From positions 1 to 36,452 of the forward strand of contig JBJMMA010000251.1 in the NCBI GenBank assembly GCA_045805065.1: a stretch of 36,452 bases of DNA, given 5' to 3'. The position numbers and the translations under genes were made by a program. Positions 18,130 to 24,671 of this stretch are shown in pieces. How positions within the stretch are numbered: the first letter of the stretch is position 1; every line of letters begins with the position of its first letter. Below the pieces are notes generated by a model. That model saw nothing but the letters and a program-made list of their open reading frames with translations. It had not been told where the DNA came from and ran no database searches. This DNA is from Bdellovibrionia bacterium. Its GTDB lineage: Bacteria; Bdellovibrionota; UBA1018.

Positions 18130-18708
18130 GTGAAAACGATCCGTAAGACTGCCCAAGGAACTGCAAACTCTCAGCCTAAAAAGCGCTCCCAGAGGTCCAC
18201 TACCGAATGGTGCAAACTGGCCGAGCGGGAACTCCAAAAGATCATCGCTCAGGCCATTACTATCCCGGCGGTCAAGAAGCTCGGACCAAAGCCCGCGACC
18301 GCCTGGACGGCGTCCGTATCGCTGATTGGCGCGCCAGCTATGACGCGCCTGAATTCGACCTACCGGGGCAAAAACCGTCCGACCGATGTGCTCAGTTTCA
18401 ATTCCCCCGAGATTTTCCAAAAACAGGGCTTACTGGGTGAGCTTGTGATTTGCCTGCCCGTCCTCAAGCGTCAGGCGCGCGAGCTCAAACATACGCCTGA
18501 GCTGGAGCTTAAAGTTCTTCTGGTCCATGGGCTTTTGCATCTTTTGGGAATGGATCATGAGCTTGGCCCAAAACAGGCTGTCGAGCAGGCTAAGTATGAG
18601 CAAAAAATCCTGGAGAAACTCCTAACAGGCCGCTCCAAGGCTGCCTCCAAACAAGGTCAACTGAAGGCCACAAAGATGGTTAGAGGCTTGATCCAGAGGG
18701 CCGAGTAG
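18130..18708 (+). CDS. ybeY: rRNA maturation endoribonuclease YbeY
   Basis: LNSTYRGKNRPTDVLSF, LLGELVIC, HGLLHLLGMDHE zinc motif. Confidence 0.93.
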   Translation: MKTIRKTAQGTANSQPKKRSQRSTTEWCKLAERELQKIIAQAITIPAVKKLGPKPATAWTASVSLIGAPAMTRLNSTYRGKNRPTDVLSFNSPEIFQKQGLLGELVICLPVLKRQARELKHTPELELKVLLVHGLLHLLGMDHELGPKQAVEQAKYEQKILEKLLTGRSKAASKQGQLKATKMVRGLIQRAE

Positions 18709-18726
18709 GATACCTATTTAATCAAC

Positions 18727-19894
18727 ATGAGTACTCAAACGACTACTTCCAAGATTTTGAATCCGCACGAAATTCGCGTGCAACTTGAGGAAATGAAAAA
18801 GAAGCTCGATTTCCTCCGGGGGTCTCTTTGACCTAGCGGCAAAGACCCGCCGTATTCTTGAGCTGTCCGATCTCTCCAGCCAACCTGAGTTTTGGCAAGA
18901 CAATCGAAAAGCCCGCGCGCTGACGACTGAAAAGTCGCGCCTTGAGTCTGAAGTCAATCTCTTCAATGACCTTGAGCGAAGCTACAACGACGCCGTCACT
19001 CTTTTTGAGCTCGCTCAGGAAGAAAAAGACGACTCCGTTCTTGCTGAAGTTTCGCCTCTTGTCGATGAGCTCTTTGGCAAATTCGAAAAAGCTGAGTTTC
19101 AAAAAATGCTCGCTGAAGAGGCTGATCCAAAGAACGCGATCGTTACGATCAATGCGGGCGCAGGCGGCACCGAGTCCCAGGACTGGGCTCAGATGCTTCT
19201 TCGTATGTATCAGCGCTGGGCGCAGGACAAGGGTTTCAAAGTGGAACTCATGGACGCGCTCCCAGGTGAAGAAGCCGGGATCAAAAACGCGACTCTCACC
19301 ATCAGCGGCCCATACGCCTACGGGCTTCTCAAGTCCGAAGCCGGCGTTCATCGCCTGGTTCGTGTTTCTCCGTTTGACTCAAATGCGCGCCGCCACACTT
19401 CGTTTACGTCCGTGTTCGTGACGCCTGAAATTGACGATGACTTCGAAGTCGTTATCCGAACGGAAGACCTTCGTGTTGACGTTTATCGCGCAGGCGGTAA
19501 GGGCGGTCAGGGCGTTAACACGACCGACTCCGCAGTTCGTCTGACCCACTTGCCAACCGGCATCGTCGTGGCCTGCCAACAGGAACGTTCCCAGATTAAG
19601 AATAAAGATCTGGCGATGAAGGTTTTGCGCTCCCGCATTTATGAGCGCCATATGGAAGAAGAGCGCAAGAAACAGCAAGCCATCGAAGACAAGAAGATGG
19701 ACATTGCCTGGGGAAGCCAGATCCGTTCCTATGTTCTTCACCCTTACAAAATGGTGAAAGATCACAGAACCGGTTTCGTGGTCCCTACGGCCGATAAAGC
19801 GCTCGATGGTGAGCTGGATGGTTTCATCAAAGCTTACCTCACTTGCCGCATCACGGGTGAGTGGGCTCGTGCCGGTGCGGGTGACGAAGTCTAA
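18727..19894 (+). CDS. prfB: Peptide chain release factor 2, translated by programmed +1 frameshift (18727-18828 joined to 18830-19894)
   Basis: ATG 18727 opens 34 codons ending LRGSL, then CTT TGA C (18826-18832). The +1 frame continues DLAAK...PEFWQD in frame with ORF 19106-19894, which has SPF (RF2 specificity), GGQ and WGSQIRSY. Confidence 0.97.
18817..18832 (+). promoter_or_regulatory. RF2 autoregulatory frameshift signal
   Basis: Internal SD-like CGGGGG, 3-nt spacer TCT, slippery CTT-TGA-C. Confidence 0.95.
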
Positions 19895-19931
19895 CCCGCA
19901 CAAAGGGTAATGAGCGGGTGACGACGTCTAA
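19877..19931 (+). repeat. 18-bp direct repeat duplicating the prfB 3' end
   Basis: GCGGGTGACGAAGTCTAA (19877-19894) and GCGGGTGACGACGTCTAA (19914-19931), one mismatch. Confidence 0.85.
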
Positions 19932-20020
19932 TTCGATATTGTTCCAAAGCTGTACCCATGGCCTGAAAGGCCAAAGCTATACAAAGAAGTAGTAGTAAAA
20001 CTCTGTCCTCAGGAGCTTTT

Positions 20021-20578
20021 ATGCGAATTCTAGTAACCGTTTTGGCCTCAATGATTGCGTCCCAGGCTTTTGCAACCGATACGGGATTTGAAGCTGGCAA
20101 CACTTTCACCGTCAAGCAGTACCACGGCACGGTTTCAGTGATGTGCATGGCTCCCAACGATCACGGGAACTATATCTATGCGTGTCACTCCGAAGACTTT
20201 CAACCGGGGCTGTCCGCGAAGTTCGTTACGGCGCCTGGCGTCGATGCGGATCATGTGACTCTGACCAGTATGTGGGAAGGTGGAAAAACGGTCACGAAAG
20301 ACGCTGCATTTGATTCAGTCAGTGGGAAAAGCGGCCGCGCTTTCAACCTCTGGATCAGCACGCTTTTGCAGAGACCGCTTCTCGATCAGGGCACCAATAT
20401 TATCCATTACGCTTTGAGCAAAAACGGAAAAATCCAGAGCGAAGGCGGTTTTATCGCGACGGTCAAGGCCCTGCCCGATAGCCAATGCAGTCACCAGACC
20501 CTCATCGAATCGGGCAATTGCCAGAACCTGGCTTGGATGTGCGAACGCTACTTTAATGAAGTGGCTCAATGTGAATAG
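20021..20578 (+). CDS. Secreted hypothetical protein (Cys-containing)
   Basis: AGGAG SD; signal peptide ending AFA; six Cys; no family recognised. Confidence 0.8.
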   Translation: MRILVTVLASMIASQAFATDTGFEAGNTFTVKQYHGTVSVMCMAPNDHGNYIYACHSEDFQPGLSAKFVTAPGVDADHVTLTSMWEGGKTVTKDAAFDSVSGKSGRAFNLWISTLLQRPLLDQGTNIIHYALSKNGKIQSEGGFIATVKALPDSQCSHQTLIESGNCQNLAWMCERYFNEVAQCE

Positions 20579-20634
20579 TCTTTTGTGAATAACACTGCGC
20601 CCAATCGCACGCAGTTTGTTAAAGAGTCCAGCGT

Positions 20635-21513
20635 ATGGTGACTCCGGCTCAAAAACGACGCCTCTTCAGAGATCTTGAAAAGTCAGATCCAGAGTTCACT
20701 GAAAAAGTGGTCCCTTTTCTCGAGGGGCTCTACAAGCATTACTTTCGGTGCGAGGTGACGGGCTGGGAAAACGTCCCGGACGGCACGGTCCTCTTTGTCG
20801 GAAACCATAACGGCGTTCTCACGTTCGAAGTTCTGATGATCTTTTACGCCTGGCTCAAGCGCTTCAACGGCCGCCGCCGCGCTTTGGGCCTTGCCCACAA
20901 TGTGGCGCTCAATAATCCATTCTTTCGGTGGATCATCCCAAAGCTGGGAGCCATTCCCGCCAATCCCGAAATCGCTTACGAGGCTTTGCACCGAGGTTAT
21001 TCGCTCCTCGTTTATCCGGGGGGCTTGAAAGAGTCGTTCAGGCCATTCAAAGATCGGAAGAAGGTCGATTTCTTCCAGCATAAAGGCTTTGTCCGGTTGG
21101 CCCTGAAAGCCAGAAAACCCATGGTCCCGATTGTCAGCATCGGGGCGCATGAGAGCTATCTGATTCTCAATCGGGGCGATAAGCTTGCCGAGGCTTTGGG
21201 CCTGAAAGAGAAGTTCAGAATCCCTGGCATTCCACTCACATACCGGAGCGTCTTCTTTGCCTGGCTGGTGGCCTCGGGAATGCTGACGTTTTTCCCGCTT
21301 CTTCTGGCGCCGGCGGCCTTTTTGGCGATCTTTATTCCGCTGCCAGCTAAAATGACCTTCCGAATCCTGCCGGCCATTGATGTCTGCTCGATGGTCGATC
21401 CGAACCTCTCTGAGGAAGAAAACCTTCAGAAAATCTATGATTACGTCGTCGGCGAGATGCAGCGGGTGCTGACCGATGAGTACAAGATGCGCAAAGCTCC
21501 AGTGGTGGGCTAG
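20635..21513 (+). CDS. Lysophospholipid/glycerol acyltransferase (PlsC superfamily, MGAT/DGAT-like)
   Basis: VLFVGNHNG, LLVYPGG, GFVRLAL, PMVPIVSIGAHE. Confidence 0.85.
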   Translation: MVTPAQKRRLFRDLEKSDPEFTEKVVPFLEGLYKHYFRCEVTGWENVPDGTVLFVGNHNGVLTFEVLMIFYAWLKRFNGRRRALGLAHNVALNNPFFRWIIPKLGAIPANPEIAYEALHRGYSLLVYPGGLKESFRPFKDRKKVDFFQHKGFVRLALKARKPMVPIVSIGAHESYLILNRGDKLAEALGLKEKFRIPGIPLTYRSVFFAWLVASGMLTFFPLLLAPAAFLAIFIPLPAKMTFRILPAIDVCSMVDPNLSEEENLQKIYDYVVGEMQRVLTDEYKMRKAPVVG

Positions 21514-21572
21514 GCGGACCAAGGACGAGACTCAGAGAGCGACTAAAGTTAAAAAAGTCGTTAGTTTCTGAG

Positions 21573-21601
21573 TTGACATGGGAAGCAGTCTCTATTAGTT
21601 T
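21573..21601 (+). promoter_or_regulatory. Sigma70 promoter of tRNA-Asp
   Basis: TTGACA (21573-21578), 17-nt spacer, TAGTTT (21596-21601), preceded by an A-tract (UP-like). Confidence 0.75.
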
Positions 21602-21640
21602 CACGTCTCATCCTGTCCAACAGGCTGTTCTTAAATTTGC

Positions 21641-21717
21641 GGGGGCGTAGTTGAGTCGGTTACAACGTCGCCCTGTCACGGCGAAGGTCGTGGGTTCGAG
21701 TCCCATCGCTCCCGCCA
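21641..21717 (+). tRNA. tRNA-Asp (anticodon GTC)
   Basis: Acceptor stem GGGGGCG/CGCTCCC, discriminator G, encoded CCA; anticodon arm TCGCC-CTGTCAC-GGCGA; T-arm GTGGG-TTCGAGT-CCCAT; 77 nt. Confidence 0.97.
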
Positions 21718-21727
21718 TTTAAGATCA

Positions 21728-21777
21728 GAAAATGAAAAAGGCTCTCAGACGAAAGTTTGAGGGCCTTTTTCATTTTC
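21728..21777 (+). terminator. Strong, probably bidirectional intrinsic terminator after tRNA-Asp
   Basis: GAAAATGAAAAAGGCTCTCAGAC-GAAA-GTTTGAGGGCCTTTTTCATTTTC long stem with a GNRA loop and A/T tracts on both sides. Confidence 0.9.
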
Positions 21778-21830
21778 ATGGTGTGTCAGCATTCGAAACT
21801 CCGAACGAATGATACGATTCGTAAAAAGGG

Positions 21831-21893
21831 TGTTTCAAATCTGAAACGGTTTGTTTCAAAAATAATGCGAGGCACAAGATGGCGTGATACTGA
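21831..21893 (+). promoter_or_regulatory. Putative operator and extended -10 promoter, cassette 1
   Basis: TGTTTCA half-site (21831-21837), palindrome TGAAACG-GTT-TGTTTCA (21842-21858), TG-A-TACTGA (21885-21893); the same layout recurs at 23748-23812. Confidence 0.65.
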
Positions 21894-21902
21894 GCCTCCG
21901 CC

Positions 21903-22691
21903 ATGAGGGAACAAGTCGCCATCCAAAACCTTTTGCAGAAGAAGTTCTCGGAGCTCCAGGCTTCGAATCCGAGATACTCGCTTCGTGCTTTTTCCAGAAA
22001 GGTTGGACTCAACCCCGGCGCTCTTTCCGGGATCTTGAACGGCAAGCGAAACGTTTCTTCAAAACTGGCCGTAAGAATTGCTGAAAGACTCCTTCTTGAT
22101 CCCCAGGAGCGCTCGGAACTCTTCTCTCAGTTTCGCATTCTGAGACATCGAATAGATTCCGAGAAAGAAACGGCGGAGTACCGTCGCCTGAGTGCCGCAC
22201 AATTCAAGATCGTTGCTGAGTGGGAGCACTTCGCGGTTCTTTCCCTCATGCGAACAAAAGAATTCAAAAGTGATCCTGGATGGATCGCCGGGCGATTGGT
22301 GTTAACTCCAACGCGAGTCCGCGATGTGATTCAAAGGTTGATTGAAGCCGGGATGGTTGAATTGTCGGCAGAGGGGGACCTTAAGCGCGTTCACTCCAAC
22401 TATCGCACGATGGATGATATCGCAGATTTGAGTCTCAGACGCTCACACATTCAAAGTCTCGAACTCGCAAATCGCTCCCTCGAGCAGGATGCCGTTTCAT
22501 CGCGCGATCACACCTGGGTGATGTTCGCGATGGACCCTAAAAAACTCAGCATGGCTAAGGAGAAGATTCGTCGATTCCAAGACGAACTTGCCGAACTAGT
22601 GGAGACTGGTGACCAAACGGAGGTCTACCGTCTCTCCATGCATTTCTTTCCGTTAACTAGAAACAGTTCTGGAGAAACAGATGAAAACTAA
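21903..22691 (+). CDS. TIGR02147/DUF4423-type HTH protein (putative transcriptional regulator), copy 1
   Basis: NPRYSLRAFSRKVGLNPGALSGILNGKR (Xre-like HTH), FKIVAEWEHFAVLSL, WIAGRL, winged helix, AKEKIRRF...EVYRLSMHFFPLT. Confidence 0.85.
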   Translation: MREQVAIQNLLQKKFSELQASNPRYSLRAFSRKVGLNPGALSGILNGKRNVSSKLAVRIAERLLLDPQERSELFSQFRILRHRIDSEKETAEYRRLSAAQFKIVAEWEHFAVLSLMRTKEFKSDPGWIAGRLVLTPTRVRDVIQRLIEAGMVELSAEGDLKRVHSNYRTMDDIADLSLRRSHIQSLELANRSLEQDAVSSRDHTWVMFAMDPKKLSMAKEKIRRFQDELAELVETGDQTEVYRLSMHFFPLTRNSSGETDEN

Positions 22692-23697
22692 ATCGACGTT
22701 GCTCATGGCTGCGACACTTCTCAGCGTGCACGCATATGCTGGTGCCGACAAAGGCGGAAACGGCGGGGATATCTGTGAGAATCGCATCAAATTGATTCGC
22801 GAGGATATCGACTCATGGATTCAGAAGGGCGGTTCCTCCGGGTTGAGGCTTCCAGCAGAAACAAACCTCTCTCAATACAACGCCAAGATGCGTGATCAGG
22901 CCTCGAAAGCCACCGTGAGCTGCACGGATCAAGACATCGCTGTGGGAAACTCGCAAAAAACCTGCAAAAACTTTTTGGACGATGCGGGCTCGCCTCGGAT
23001 CGTCTGCAACTTCAAACGATTCATGGCTACCCCTGAGGCGAGTCAGTACGTTCTGGTGCATCATGAATACGCGGGCCTTGCCGGCTTTGAAGTCAATAAC
23101 GGTGAAGAATCTCGCTACGAGATTTCTAATCAACTGACGAAATATCTTCAAAACCAGGTCGTAAAAAAGTTGGCCGTTAAGCCTGTAACCGTGCGTGCGG
23201 TACCTTGCAGCAGCGTGGACTTACGCAAACAAAAAGTGGGGTTTGTCTGCACAACCTCAGTGGGAGTCCGCTTTGAGCTCGTCGAACGTGAGGGGCTGGG
23301 CGAAGTTTGGATGGGTCCGGACCAGATCGCCTGGACCGACGTTCTCGGTTCCGAAACTGTTGAAGGTGCACTTCTGGCTTGTGATAAAATCGGAATGGTC
23401 CTTCCAGCGTATCAGAATTTTAAGCGCGGCCAGTCCAATAAGTTCGAGGAAGTGTTGCCAAATCTGAGCACAGAGTCGAATATTATCTGGTCTCGGTCAT
23501 ATCGTCGGGCTCCAGCCTGGCATGAATGCACAAAGTATGAGTATGGTCCGGATTACACTTTTCTCAATCCGCATGGGAAATGCTACGACGGGGAAGTTAC
23601 CAAGATTTCCTACTACTCGGGCGCGTTCGGGCTTCAAGAGACCACCTACAAAGAGGATGAGGTGATGCTCTACCGCTGCGTTTCTCCCGCCCTTTAA
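22681..23697 (+). CDS. Secreted protein with GNGGD/HE N-terminal module and C-terminal C-type-lectin-like (DUF1566/Lcl-like) domain
   Basis: Signal peptide ending AYA; GGNGGDIC; VLVHHEY (about aa 128); C-terminal W..D....A...C...G..LP...VLPN...WS...YRCV pattern; 11-bp overlap with the upstream regulator. Confidence 0.7.
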   Translation: MKTKSTLLMAATLLSVHAYAGADKGGNGGDICENRIKLIREDIDSWIQKGGSSGLRLPAETNLSQYNAKMRDQASKATVSCTDQDIAVGNSQKTCKNFLDDAGSPRIVCNFKRFMATPEASQYVLVHHEYAGLAGFEVNNGEESRYEISNQLTKYLQNQVVKKLAVKPVTVRAVPCSSVDLRKQKVGFVCTTSVGVRFELVEREGLGEVWMGPDQIAWTDVLGSETVEGALLACDKIGMVLPAYQNFKRGQSNKFEEVLPNLSTESNIIWSRSYRRAPAWHECTKYEYGPDYTFLNPHGKCYDGEVTKISYYSGAFGLQETTYKEDEVMLYRCVSPAL

Positions 23698-23708
23698 GTG
23701 AAGAAAGC

Positions 23709-23742
23709 AATAAGCCCGGGTCGCAAGGCACGGGCTTATTTT
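23709..23742 (+). terminator. Intrinsic terminator closing cassette 1
   Basis: AATAAGCCCG...CGGGCTTATT followed by TT. Confidence 0.8.
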
Positions 23743-23747
23743 GTGGA

Positions 23748-23812
23748 TGTTTCCGTATTGGAAACACTTTGTTTCCAAAGTAGTTGGCGGGCTGTATCTC
23801 AAGTGCTAATCC
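23748..23812 (+). promoter_or_regulatory. Putative operator and promoter, cassette 2
   Basis: TGTTTCC (23748-23754), perfect palindrome GGAAACA-CTT-TGTTTCC (23760-23776), TTGGCG (23784-23789), 17-nt spacer, then TAATCC preceded by TG. Confidence 0.65.
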
Positions 23813-23819
23813 CATCTAC

Positions 23820-24671
23820 ATGCACATCAGCAGCCCGTTCCTGGAAAAACTCGCAGACGAGTTTCGCGCGCGTCGCAGGCGAAATCCTGCCTACAGCTTA
23901 AGAAGCTTTGGGCGCGACCTGAACGTCAGTCCGGGAAGACTTTCACAATACTTCTCCAAGACGCGAACTGTGACCCCAAAGGCCGCGCATCAGATGATGA
24001 ACCGCCTGGGTTTATCTCCATTGGAGCAGGCATCCTGGATGGGACTATCCATCCTTCATCCGGCTGTGACAAATCCTTCTGTGCTTGTGACAGCAACTCG
24101 TTCGGGAAAGGCTCGCGAAGGTTCAACTATTGAGCCGCATCTTCTTGATCAAAAGGTTTTTGAGCTCATTTCGGAGCCGATCCATTTCACGATTTTGAGC
24201 CTTCTCGAAACCGAAGACTTTAAAAATAATACCAAATGGATCGCAAGCCGCATCCGTTCCTCTGTGCCTGAGGTCAGTGCATCTCTTCAGCTTCTGCAGG
24301 AATTGGGCCTCATCCAAAAATCAAGCGATGGAAACCTCGCGCTCACTCATCACGAGGGAACCAAATCCAGTGATGGAGTGAAAAACGCCGCGCTCCAGCG
24401 CGCGCATCAGAGGCAGCTTCAAGATGCGATTGAATCTCTGGAGAGCGTCGCGCTCGAGCTCAGAGACATCACGTCCATGACCTTTGCCACGGATGCCGAG
24501 AAGCTTCCTGAGGCAAAGGCGCTGATTAAAGATTTTCGTCGTAAGCTTTCGCATCTTTTGCAGTCCGGGAAAAAATCAGAAGTTTATCGTCTTCAAATCC
24601 AACTTCTTCCTTTGACCGAGGTTCGGCCGCCTCGACCAACTGGGAAGAAATTTTCAGGAGATCGTTCATGA
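23820..24671 (+). CDS. TIGR02147/DUF4423-type HTH protein, copy 2
   Basis: NPAYSLRSFGRDLNVSPGRLSQYF, FELISEPIHFTILSL, WIASRI, RDITSMTF, AKALIKDFRRKL...EVYRLQIQLLPLT. ATG 23820 is preferred over TTG 23784 by analogy with copy 1. Confidence 0.85.
   Translation: MHISSPFLEKLADEFRARRRRNPAYSLRSFGRDLNVSPGRLSQYFSKTRTVTPKAAHQMMNRLGLSPLEQASWMGLSILHPAVTNPSVLVTATRSGKAREGSTIEPHLLDQKVFELISEPIHFTILSLLETEDFKNNTKWIASRIRSSVPEVSASLQLLQELGLIQKSSDGNLALTHHEGTKSSDGVKNAALQRAHQRQLQDAIESLESVALELRDITSMTFATDAEKLPEAKALIKDFRRKLSHLLQSGKKSEVYRLQIQLLPLTEVRPPRPTGKKFSGDRS

Noticed and set aside
18727..19105. prfB as a truncated gene or pseudogene
   Set aside because: The canonical programmed frameshift explains the in-frame TGA.
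19940..20000. c-di-GMP-I (GEMM) riboswitch suggested by the GAAA hairpin and CAAAG motifs
   Set aside because: The GGCAAAC...GACGCAAAGC P1/P2 architecture cannot be built; an Rfam scan would settle it.
20683..21522. 279-aa minus-strand ORF
   Set aside because: It is antisense to the acyltransferase, which has clear family motifs.
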